Assembly: GCA_040397625.1 (NCBI GenBank)
Contig: JBBAVQ010000002.1
Location: 5,112 to 37,138 of the forward strand
Direction of reading: 5' to 3'
From: Pirellulales bacterium
Lineage (GTDB): Bacteria; Planctomycetota; Planctomycetia; Pirellulales; UBA1268
DNA: 32,027 nucleotides
The notes beneath the pieces are model-generated. The model did no database searches and was not told the DNA's origin. It worked only from the letters and a program-made list of their open reading frames with translations. Both the position numbers and the translations under genes were made by a program. Below, piece by piece: positions 16,106 through 24,496 of the stretch (its first letter is position 1; every line of letters starts with the position of its first letter).

Positions 16106-18682
16106 ATGAAGCCCCAAGCGAATCGTGGATCCCGCTGCGAACAAGCCCAACGCCGTGAGGCGTGGGGAGCGGCCAGGAACGGCGCAGCGCCCAACGTGTC
16201 GCGCCCGACGGCTGACGCCGTTCGGCTTGTACGCGATCACGCCGAAGCGGCGATCGCCCGCACGATTCGCCCTGGTGCATCGGCCTGGCTCTTGGTGATC
16301 ATCGCCGCCTTGAGCACCCCGGCCCGGGGAGTCGATTTCGCGCACGAGGTGGTGCCGATCCTGCGGAAGCACTGCGGCGAGTGCCACACCGGCGACGCCC
16401 GACAGGGAGGCTTCTCGCTCAACACCCGCGAAGACCTGCTCACCGGCGGCGACTCCGGCACGCCCGGAGTCGTCCCGGGCAGTTCGACCACCAGCGAACT
16501 CATGGCCCGGATCACGAGCGATGATCCTGACGATCGAATGCCGAGCGAGGGCGAGCCGCTGCCGCCCGACGCGATCGCCGTCCTGAAAGCCTGGATCGAC
16601 GAACAGGCCCCATGGGAGCCTGGCTTCGCCTTCAAGGGAACGGCGTGGGAGCCCCCGCTCGCCCTGCGCGAGGTCGTGCTGCCGCCGGCCGCGGACGGCC
16701 GCACCAACCCTGTCGACCGCGTGGTCGATGCCGCGCTTGCGGCGCACGGCGTGCCGCGGCCGCCCCGGTGCGACGACCGCACCTTCATCCGACGGGCGAG
16801 CCTCGATCTCGTCGGGCTGCTGCCCGGCCCCGACCGGGTCGAGGCCTTCGTGGCCGACACCGATCCCGGCAAGCACGCGCGGCTCGTCCGCGACCTGCTC
16901 GCCGACGATGTCGCCTACGCCGACCACTGGCTCACGTTCTGGAACGACCTCCTCCGCAACGACTACACGGGCACGGGCTACATCACCGGCGGCCGGCGGC
17001 AGATCACCACCTGGCTGCACCGGGCGCTCGCCGCCAACGTGCCTTTCGACCGGTTCGTGCGGGAACTCGTCTCACCGGCCGACGAGTCTCGCGGCTTCAT
17101 CGACGGCATCGTCTGGCGGGGCACCGTGAACGCCAGCCAGGCCGTGCCGATCCAGTTCGCCCAGAACGTCGGCCAGACGTTCCTCGGCATCAATCTCAAG
17201 TGCGCCAGCTGTCACGACAGCTTCGTCGATCGCTGGACGCTCCGGCAGACCTATGACCTCGCCGCGATCGCCGCCGAGCAGCCGCTCGAACTCGCCCGCT
17301 GCGACAAGGCGACCGGCGTGATGGCGACCCCGGCATGGATCTTCCCCAACCTGGGGCAGATCGACGCCTCGTTACCGTCAGCGGCACGGCTCGCGCAGCT
17401 CGCCGCGCTCATGACGCAGCCCGGCAACGGCTGGCTGTCGCGGACGCTCGCCAACCGCTTCTGGCACCGGCTCATGGGCCGCGGCATCGTGCATCCCGTC
17501 GAGAGCCTCCGCACGCAACCCTGGAGTGAAGATCTGCTCGACCTGCTGGCCGGCGACCTCGTGTCACACGGCTGGGACATGCGGCACCTGCTCGAGACGA
17601 TCTGCACGTCGGAGGCCTATGCCGCCGTTACGCCGGCCGTCGAGGGCCTGCCCCGGGGAGGCGACTACGTATTCCGTGGCCCGCTGCCCCGACGGATGAC
17701 CGCCGAGCAGTTCACCGACGCCGTCTGGACGCTCGCGGGCACGGCTCCCGCGAAGCCCGACGCCGAGGTGGTGCGGTTCGACCAGGATTCCACGCCGTCT
17801 GATCTCCATCCGGCGGCAACGTGGATCTGGAGCAACGAGGCAGCCGAGTCGCCCCCGGAAGAATCGCTGACATTCAGCAAGGATTTCGAGCTGCCGCAGC
17901 CCGCCGTGCATGCGGCCGTGGTTCTCGCCGCCGACAACTCCGCCACCCTCTTCATCAATGGCAAGTCGGTGGTCACGGGCAACGACTGGCAGCAACCGGT
18001 GATGGCCGTGGCCACGGCCGACCTCAAGGAGGGCGCGAACACCGTGATCGTCACTGCCGCAAATGCGGCAGCCGGCGGACCGGCCGCCCTTCGCATGGAG
18101 ATTCGCTGCCGGCTTGCCGACGGCACCATGCAGTCGATCGTCACGGATGGTTCGTGGAAATGGACGAAGGCCAAGCCCGATGCGAAGGGCCAGTTTCCGA
18201 AAGACACGAAGCCGACCGACTGGGCACCGGCCACGGTCGTCGCGAATCAGGCCACGTGGGCCACGGCCGACGCCCCCTTCGCCGCACACGTGATCGCGGC
18301 CACCGCGCCGGCGTCGCTGCCGATGGTTCGGGCCGGGCTCGTGAAGGCGACGCCGCTGATGGCCGCCCTCGGCCGGCCGAACCGCGACCAGGTCGTCACC
18401 AGCCGCCCATCCGACCTGACGACGCTGGAGGCGATCCTGTTGGCCAACGACCGGTCACTCGCCGACGAGATCGCCAAGGGAGGCAGCCGCATCCTCGCAA
18501 AGCACGGCCCCGATCCCGATCGAGTCGCTTCGTGGATCTTTACGGCCGCCCTCTCCCGTCCGCCAACGGCGGACGAGGCGGCGGTCGCCCGGGATCTGCT
18601 TGGGGCCGCGCCGACCGCGGAAAGCGTGGCTGATTGCCTCTGGAGCGTGGTGATGCTGCCAGAGTTCCAGTTGGTGCGATAA
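16106..18682 (+). CDS. PSCyt1 + PSCyt2(DUF1549) + galactose-binding-like insert + PSD1(DUF1553) protein (A2)
   Basis: CxxCH 'CGECHTG' sits at 16373-16387. The DUF1549 block is 'NPVDRVVDAALAAHGVPRPPRCDDRTFIRRASLDLVGLLP', with a second CxxCH 'CASCHDSF' at 17201-17215. DUF1553-like blocks are 'RRMTAEQFTDAVW' and 'LGRPNRDQVVTSRPSDLTTLEAILLAN'. The start is uncertain: the first ATG (16106) gives a roughly 55-aa charged leader before the hydrophobic signal 'ASAWLLVIIAALSTPARG', so an internal GTG start (for example near 16196) is possible. Confidence 0.85.
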   Translation: MKPQANRGSRCEQAQRREAWGAARNGAAPNVSRPTADAVRLVRDHAEAAIARTIRPGASAWLLVIIAALSTPARGVDFAHEVVPILRKHCGECHTGDARQGGFSLNTREDLLTGGDSGTPGVVPGSSTTSELMARITSDDPDDRMPSEGEPLPPDAIAVLKAWIDEQAPWEPGFAFKGTAWEPPLALREVVLPPAADGRTNPVDRVVDAALAAHGVPRPPRCDDRTFIRRASLDLVGLLPGPDRVEAFVADTDPGKHARLVRDLLADDVAYADHWLTFWNDLLRNDYTGTGYITGGRRQITTWLHRALAANVPFDRFVRELVSPADESRGFIDGIVWRGTVNASQAVPIQFAQNVGQTFLGINLKCASCHDSFVDRWTLRQTYDLAAIAAEQPLELARCDKATGVMATPAWIFPNLGQIDASLPSAARLAQLAALMTQPGNGWLSRTLANRFWHRLMGRGIVHPVESLRTQPWSEDLLDLLAGDLVSHGWDMRHLLETICTSEAYAAVTPAVEGLPRGGDYVFRGPLPRRMTAEQFTDAVWTLAGTAPAKPDAEVVRFDQDSTPSDLHPAATWIWSNEAAESPPEESLTFSKDFELPQPAVHAAVVLAADNSATLFINGKSVVTGNDWQQPVMAVATADLKEGANTVIVTAANAAAGGPAALRMEIRCRLADGTMQSIVTDGSWKWTKAKPDAKGQFPKDTKPTDWAPATVVANQATWATADAPFAAHVIAATAPASLPMVRAGLVKATPLMAALGRPNRDQVVTSRPSDLTTLEAILLANDRSLADEIAKGGSRILAKHGPDPDRVASWIFTAALSRPPTADEAAVARDLLGAAPTAESVADCLWSVVMLPEFQLVR

Positions 18683-18701
18683 TGAAGCAGGAGCATCCGA
18701 C

Positions 18702-20126
18702 ATGAAAAGCCGCCGCCAGTTCCTCGAGTGCCTGGCCGCCGCTGCGACCACCACGCTCGCCCTGCCGGAGCCACGGGCCCGCGGGTCGGAGCAGGGCCCC
18801 CGCATCGTGCATCCTGCGCCCCGGGCCGACGCGATGATCGTCCTCTGGATGGCCGGCGGCATGGCGGCTCCGGACACGTTTGACCCGAAGCGATACAAGC
18901 CGTTCGAGCCCGGCCTTGCGGTCGCCGACGTGATCAGCACGTTCCCCGCAATCCCGACCGCGATCGACGGCGTGCAGATCTGCAACGGCCTGCCCGAGAT
19001 CGCCAAGGTGCTCGACCGGGCAACGCTCGTCCGCTCGCACGTCCAGCCGGATCTCGGCAGCATCCTCCACTCGCGGCACCAGTACCACTGGCACACGGGC
19101 TACGTCCCTCCGCAGACCGTGGCCTGCCCGCACATCGGCGCGTGGATGGCCCGCGTGCTCGGGCCGCGCAACCCCGTCATGCCCGCGTTCGTGAACATCG
19201 GCCAGCGGCTCGAGGGAGTGGGCGAGAACGAAGAGATCAAGGCGTTCACCACCGCCGGCTTCTTCGGCAGCGAGTTCGGGCCGATGAACCTTCCCTACCC
19301 AGAACAGGCGGCCTTGGCCGTACGCCCCCCGGAGGGCATGTCCGCGGAGCGGTTCGCCGATCGCTACGCGGCCATGAAGCGGCTCACGGCGGCGTCGGCA
19401 CACCGCGAGTTCACAAGCGACTTCCACCAAGAATCGATGCTCCGCAGCATCGACAATGCCCACCGGCTGCTCGGTGCCAAGGAGCGGGAGGCCTTCGACA
19501 TCACGCGCGAACCGAAGGAAGTTCAGGAGCGGTACGACACCGGCCGCTTCGGCCGCGGCTGCCTGCTCGCGCGGCGGCTCGTCGAGAACGGGGCCCGCTA
19601 CGTCGAGGTGACCACGGAATACGTTCCCTTCGTCCACTGGGACACGCACGAGAACGGCCACGAGCGGGTGGCGGCCCTCCACGCCGAGATCGACCGCCCC
19701 ATCGCGGCCCTCGTTCGCGATCTCGACGAGCGGGGCCTGCTCGACCGCACGCTGGTGGTGATCGCCAGCGAGTTCAGCCGCGACATGATCACCGAAGGCC
19801 AGCCCGGCTCGGATGCCAAAGACCAGGCAAGTTCGCCGAAGGACTTCCTGCAGCTGCCGGCCCACTACGGCCAGCACCGTCACTTCACCGCCGGCTCGAG
19901 CGTGGTGCTCTTCGGAGGCGGGATGAAGCGAGGGTTCGTCTACGGAAAAACCGCCGACGAGCGGCCCTGCGTCGCGATCGAGAATCCTGTCTCGATCACC
20001 GACCTCCACGCGACCTTCTTCACCGCCATGGGCATCAGCCCGAAGACGGTCTTCGACATCGAGGATCGCCCCTTCTACGCGACGCTCGACGGCAAGGGCC
20101 GCGCCGTGGAGTCGTTGTTCGCGTAA
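18702..20126 (+). CDS. DUF1501 domain protein (B2), Tat-signal
   Basis: An AGGAG lies 8 nt upstream of the ATG, 19 bp after the A2 stop. The twin-arginine motif is 'KSRRQFLECLAAAATTTLALP'. DUF1501 blocks are 'ADAMIVLWMAGGMAAPDTFDPKRYKP' and 'VVLFGGGMKRGFVYGKTADE...ITDLHATFFTAMG'. It diverges from B1 in the 'GRDHH' region, which reads 'HYGQHRHF'. Confidence 0.9.
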   Translation: MKSRRQFLECLAAAATTTLALPEPRARGSEQGPRIVHPAPRADAMIVLWMAGGMAAPDTFDPKRYKPFEPGLAVADVISTFPAIPTAIDGVQICNGLPEIAKVLDRATLVRSHVQPDLGSILHSRHQYHWHTGYVPPQTVACPHIGAWMARVLGPRNPVMPAFVNIGQRLEGVGENEEIKAFTTAGFFGSEFGPMNLPYPEQAALAVRPPEGMSAERFADRYAAMKRLTAASAHREFTSDFHQESMLRSIDNAHRLLGAKEREAFDITREPKEVQERYDTGRFGRGCLLARRLVENGARYVEVTTEYVPFVHWDTHENGHERVAALHAEIDRPIAALVRDLDERGLLDRTLVVIASEFSRDMITEGQPGSDAKDQASSPKDFLQLPAHYGQHRHFTAGSSVVLFGGGMKRGFVYGKTADERPCVAIENPVSITDLHATFFTAMGISPKTVFDIEDRPFYATLDGKGRAVESLFA

Positions 20127-20261
20127 CAGCTTCCAGCGAGGTAGGCGGAGGGATCGGGACGAGGATGGCGAGCGTCGGCTATCCTGCCGCTGGCGAGCCA
20201 ACTCGGCCCGTCCCGCAGCCGGGTTTTCCCCGTTGGATGCGAGCCGCGGTATCCTGCCACG

Positions 20262-21938
20262 ATGGTCTGGGAACACACCTACGATCCGCTCGGCTCACCG
20301 ATCCTCTCCACACTCGTGGCGGCCGTGCCCCTCGTGGTGCTGCTCGGCCTGCTCGCCTTCGCGCGGTGGTCGGGCATGCAGGCGGCGGTGGCCGGGCTGA
20401 TCACCGCACTCGCGATCGCGATCGGCGTTTTCGGTATGCCAGCCGATGCGGCAATGGCGGCCGCCGCGCACGGCGCGGTGTTCGGGCTGTTTCCGATCGG
20501 CTGGATCATCGTGACAGCGATGTTCCTCTACCGGCTCTGCGTCGAGGCCGGCGCGCTCGACGTCATGAAGCGATCGGTGATGGGGCTCTCCGCCGACCAC
20601 CGCCTCCAGGCCCTCCTGATCGCGTTTTCCTTCGGTGCGTTTCTCGAGGGCGCGGCCGGGTTTGGGGCCCCCGTGGCGATCTCCGCCGCGCTGATGGTGG
20701 GCGCCGGGTTTCCGGCGCTGGAGGCGGCATGCCTGGCACTCCTGGCCAACACGGCACCCGTGGCCTTCGGTGCGCTCGGCACGCCGATCATCACGCTCGC
20801 GAAGGTCACCGGCCTCGACGAACGGGCCATCTCGGCGATGGCCGGGCATCAGTTGCCGCTCTTCTCGCTCGTCGTGCCGGCCTGGATGGTCTGCACGATG
20901 GCGGGCTGGCGGGGCCTCGCCGGCGTCTGGCCGCCGGTGCTCGTCTGCGGCGGCACGTTCGCCGCGGTGCAGTATGCGATGGCCACCTTCGTCGGAGCCG
21001 CGCTCGTCGATGTGGTCGGGGGCGTGGCGAGCCTCGTAGCCCTCGCCGCGTTTCTGCACTGGTGGAAGCCCGCGTCGATCTGGCGCCATGGTCATGGCTG
21101 GACCGATCGCGTCGCGACTTCGTCGATCGGGGGTGATTCCGCTGCGCGGATCGCCTGGGCATGGATGCCGTGGGTGTTTCTGTCCCTGGCCGTCTTCACG
21201 TGGGGCCTGCCCGCGGTCAAGGCGACGCTCGACGGAAAAGACACGCCTCCCCGCCTGTCGCGTGTCACCGTGGCGCCGGAACTCCCGATCCCGTTCCTCG
21301 ACGGCCGGGTCGCAAAAGTCCCCCCGGCCACCCGCGAGTCGCGGGAGATCGAGCGGGCCGTATATCGGTTCAACTGGCTCTCGGCGGCAGGCACCGGCAT
21401 CCTGGCCGCGGCGCTCGTGTCGATCCCGTGGCTCGGCATCTCCTGGCGGCGGGCCCTGGCGATCTGGCTTGAGAGTCTTTGGTCGCTCGGCGAGTCACTC
21501 GCCACGATCGCCGCCATGCTCGCGCTCGCCTTCGTCACGCGATACTCCGGCACCGATGTCACGCTCGGCCTCGCGCTCACCGCCACCGGCGCGGCCTACG
21601 CCTTCTTCGCGCCGCTCCTCGGCTGGCTGGGCGTGGCCCTGACCGGCTCCGACACCTCGAGCAACGCCATGTTCGGCAGCCTGCAAAGGGTCACGGCGGA
21701 GCAGCTTGGGCTCGACCCGCTGCTCATCTGCACCGCCAACAGCACCGGCGGCGTGATGGGGAAGATGATCGACGCCCAGAGTATCGTCGTCTCCGCCACG
21801 GCCACGGGCACGCACCGCCGCGAGGGCGAGATCCTCCGGCGGGTCTTTCCGCACTCACTCGCGCTCGCCGCCCTGATGGGATTGCTCGTCTGGCTTCAGG
21901 CCGGGCCGCTCTCGTGGATGGTGCCGTCGGCCCGCTGA
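20262..21938 (+). CDS. lctP: L-lactate/glycolate permease (LctP family)
   Basis: The 558-aa polytopic protein begins 'MVWEHTYDPLGS', compared with 'MNLWQQNYDPAGN' in E. coli LldP. It also has 'FGLFPIGWIIVTAMFLYRL' and 'FSFGAFLEGAAGFGAPVAISAALMVGAGF...LLANTAPVAFGALGTPI', which nearly matches the LldP/GlcA signature region. Confidence 0.9.
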   Translation: MVWEHTYDPLGSPILSTLVAAVPLVVLLGLLAFARWSGMQAAVAGLITALAIAIGVFGMPADAAMAAAAHGAVFGLFPIGWIIVTAMFLYRLCVEAGALDVMKRSVMGLSADHRLQALLIAFSFGAFLEGAAGFGAPVAISAALMVGAGFPALEAACLALLANTAPVAFGALGTPIITLAKVTGLDERAISAMAGHQLPLFSLVVPAWMVCTMAGWRGLAGVWPPVLVCGGTFAAVQYAMATFVGAALVDVVGGVASLVALAAFLHWWKPASIWRHGHGWTDRVATSSIGGDSAARIAWAWMPWVFLSLAVFTWGLPAVKATLDGKDTPPRLSRVTVAPELPIPFLDGRVAKVPPATRESREIERAVYRFNWLSAAGTGILAAALVSIPWLGISWRRALAIWLESLWSLGESLATIAAMLALAFVTRYSGTDVTLGLALTATGAAYAFFAPLLGWLGVALTGSDTSSNAMFGSLQRVTAEQLGLDPLLICTANSTGGVMGKMIDAQSIVVSATATGTHRREGEILRRVFPHSLALAALMGLLVWLQAGPLSWMVPSAR

Positions 21939-21952
21939 TACGGCCTGCGCCA

Positions 21953-24496
21953 TCAACGTCGCACACGCCGCCGCATCCAGCCGGCCGCCGCCAACGCTGC
22001 CGCCACGCCCATCATGCCGAGCGACGCCGGCTCCGGCACCCCGATGACCGCGGCACCACCACCGGCGCCCGGAAGCATCGGCAGGGCGCCGGCCGCCGGG
22101 AGGTACGGGCCTTCGTCGTACAAACCGCCGCTCAGGAAGAGCACGATGTCGAGAATGTCCACGATCCCGTCATAGTTGAAGTTGCCTTCCAACCACACGG
22201 AAGGAGTCTCCCGACCGAACTTGTCGGCCGACATGATGTTCGAAACGTCGAGGACGTCCACCATGCCGTCGAGGTTGGTGTCGCTCGGCGCGGCGAAGCC
22301 GATCGTGGCGACACCGGCCGAGTCAACGATCCAGCCGACGCTCCGCTCAGCCCCGGCTGACGACGACCGAATGCCACTCGTGCCGTTCCACGACCCGTCG
22401 CCCAGACCGGTCACCAGATCGGCCTCGATCGCCGCGCTGGTGATGCCGCCGGCCGCCACGGTCATCCGTCCGGTCCCGACGTCGATCACGCCGGTGCTTG
22501 CACGATCAAGCACCGTGACGGCCAGTGACGTGGATCCGAGCGCGAGTCCGGCACCGTCGGCCACGGTCAACGGGCCTGTGCCCAGCGCCAACGGCGACGC
22601 CACCGTCAGCGTGCCTGCCTGCACGACCGTGCCCCCGGTGAAGGAACTCGTGCCGCCGCGGACGAGTTCGCCGGAGCCCTGCTTGACGAGTCGGCCGGGC
22701 CCCGTGATGACGGCCGAATCGACCACCCGCTCGCCAGCCGCAACGATCCTGACCGTGTCCACCGGCCCCGAGGGCACGACGGTGCCACGGACGGTGAGCG
22801 TGAGCGTCTGGCTCGTGGCGCCCGCGAGATCCTCGTCGGAGGCGTTGAGGAGATACGTCGCGGCGAACGAGCCCGTGGTCGCGGTCGACATCGACAGGCT
22901 GTACGTGCGCGACGAGCCGGAGGCGAGGTTGGAAAAGGGAGCCAGGGTCGTTGAAAAGATGCCCGTCGACCCGCTCATCGTGACACTGTCGAGGTCGAGT
23001 TTCGCCGTCCACGCCGACCCGAGTGATCCGGCGCGGCCGAAGATGCCAAACGACCGGCTCGCCGCCGTACCTCCCTGGGTGAGCGTGCCGAAATCAACGT
23101 CGTACGCGGTCGTCGTGGTCGCGGCGGCAAACGACCCGATGGCGTGGTCGAGGACACCCAGTGACAACCCCTGCGTGAACGTGCTCGACATCGCCTGCGG
23201 GCTCGAGGCCGTCACGGTGGCACTCCCGCTCCGCAGCCCTGCGGCGGAAGTATCGACCACAAACGCATGACTGTTCGCGGTGCCAAGGGCGAGGGCGCTG
23301 CCGCTGCCGCTGCCGGCGAGCACACCCGTCGCCGAAAAGGTGTAGTCGAGACGGTCGGCGCCCTTGGCCGCCGTGACCGGCGCCGCGTTCGCTACCGTGA
23401 GCGTGTTGGTGACCGATGCTCCCCGGATCACCTGGGCCGGTAACGCAGCCAGGCTCGCCGACATCTTCGCCGGCAGTTGGTAGTCGGCCACGACGGCGAG
23501 GTGGTCAGTGACCTTCGTGAGGTTCGTGAGCACTGCCTGCGCCTGGGCGGTGGTGTAGCCGGGGATCAGCGCCGCCAGTGCATCGGCGCTGCCACTGTCG
23601 ATCGCTCCCTTCATGGTGTGGGTGCCGGTGTTGCCGAAGGCCCAGTACGATCCTCCGACGTAGTCGAATCCGCGTCCATCGAGCACCTCGCCGCTGGTCA
23701 TCTGGAAGTCGAACCGGTCGTCCATGCCACCGGTGACCTGGCCACCGAAGGCCGCGACCGTGGCGGGCGACTGCGTGTGGACGTCCATGAACGAACTGGA
23801 GCCGTGCCAGGAGCCGACGCGATTGATCGGATCGAACGCCTGGCCGTTGCCGGTGCCGGTCAGCGTCTGGAAACCGGATTCGCTGGACGTGTAGAAGTTC
23901 AAGTCGCCGGTATACAGGATGTTGGCTCCCTGCCCGAGCGCGTCGGCGTCAGCCCGATTGACCGTCACCTCGAAGTTTCGTTCCGCCACGTTCGCAGAGC
24001 CGGTCGAGGCCTTGAGATGGCTCGCATAGATGTAGAAGTCGGCCGACACGTCATACCCCACCGGCCGAAACTGATATCGCATCGTCTGTCGCGCCTGCGT
24101 CGAAAGCGAACCGAGCGGCTTCTCGCCCACCAGCGTCACGCTGTCGGTGTTGTAGACCACCACCGAACGTCCGCCCCCCGTCGATCCGGCATTGATGCTG
24201 TTGCGGTCGTAGCTGGTGCTGTTGAACACGCTGTCGAGCAGGTTGGCGTACTGCACGCCCGTCGTCGAGACAGTGTTGGCCTCGTTGAGCAGGAGAATGT
24301 CGATCGGCCGCGAGAAGCCACCCTTGGCCGACGCGCCGATCGCCGACATGACCGAATCCATGCCGGTCCGCGGTGCCGTCAGCGAGGTGTCGCTGGCGTT
24401 GATGTTGTAGGTGACAATCCGCAACTGCGCATGGGCGATCGTGAGTGGCAACAGGGCACTCGCGACGGCGATCGCGGCCAATCGGAGGTGCGGCAC
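21953..24496 (-). CDS. Secreted endonuclease/exonuclease/phosphatase (EEP)-fold protein with Ig-like domains, autotransporter-type beta-strand repeat, dockerin-like module and PEP-CTERM anchor
   Basis: I propose a GTG start at 24496, with AAGGGA 5 nt upstream. It yields a classical signal peptide (M)PHLRLAAIAVASALLPLTIAHA|QL. The EEP hallmarks are 'LRIVTYNINAS', 'IDILLLNEAN' and a terminal 'VTDHLAVVADY'. Two Ser/Thr/Ala/Gly-rich beta-sandwich-like segments follow. The beta-strand repeat reads 'GPGRLVKQGSGELVRGGTSSFTGGTVVQAGTLTV'. Two DxNxDGxxDxxD loops are present. The C-terminus is 'VPEPASLGMMGVAAALAAAGWMRRRVRR'. The ORF stays open upstream to 25414, and I treat that extension as non-coding. 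Confidence 0.75.
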   Translation of the reverse strand: MPHLRLAAIAVASALLPLTIAHAQLRIVTYNINASDTSLTAPRTGMDSVMSAIGASAKGGFSRPIDILLLNEANTVSTTGVQYANLLDSVFNSTSYDRNSINAGSTGGGRSVVVYNTDSVTLVGEKPLGSLSTQARQTMRYQFRPVGYDVSADFYIYASHLKASTGSANVAERNFEVTVNRADADALGQGANILYTGDLNFYTSSESGFQTLTGTGNGQAFDPINRVGSWHGSSSFMDVHTQSPATVAAFGGQVTGGMDDRFDFQMTSGEVLDGRGFDYVGGSYWAFGNTGTHTMKGAIDSGSADALAALIPGYTTAQAQAVLTNLTKVTDHLAVVADYQLPAKMSASLAALPAQVIRGASVTNTLTVANAAPVTAAKGADRLDYTFSATGVLAGSGSGSALALGTANSHAFVVDTSAAGLRSGSATVTASSPQAMSSTFTQGLSLGVLDHAIGSFAAATTTTAYDVDFGTLTQGGTAASRSFGIFGRAGSLGSAWTAKLDLDSVTMSGSTGIFSTTLAPFSNLASGSSRTYSLSMSTATTGSFAATYLLNASDEDLAGATSQTLTLTVRGTVVPSGPVDTVRIVAAGERVVDSAVITGPGRLVKQGSGELVRGGTSSFTGGTVVQAGTLTVASPLALGTGPLTVADGAGLALGSTSLAVTVLDRASTGVIDVGTGRMTVAAGGITSAAIEADLVTGLGDGSWNGTSGIRSSSAGAERSVGWIVDSAGVATIGFAAPSDTNLDGMVDVLDVSNIMSADKFGRETPSVWLEGNFNYDGIVDILDIVLFLSGGLYDEGPYLPAAGALPMLPGAGGGAAVIGVPEPASLGMMGVAAALAAAGWMRRRVRR

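Noticed and set aside
12656-17020. Minus-strand ORFs 12656-14320 (554 aa) and 14390-17020 (876 aa)
   Set aside because: They are antisense to the well-supported SGNH/cytochrome and A2 genes. Their composition (Arg/Gly/Val/Glu runs) is typical of GC-driven shadow ORFs, and I recognised no motifs.
18540-21136. ORFs 18540-20276 (minus strand, 578 aa) and 19142-21136 (plus strand, 664 aa, alternative frame)
   Set aside because: They overlap the DUF1501 (B2) and lactate permease genes, both of which show near-canonical family motifs. The alternative translations are Arg/Pro/Gly low-complexity.
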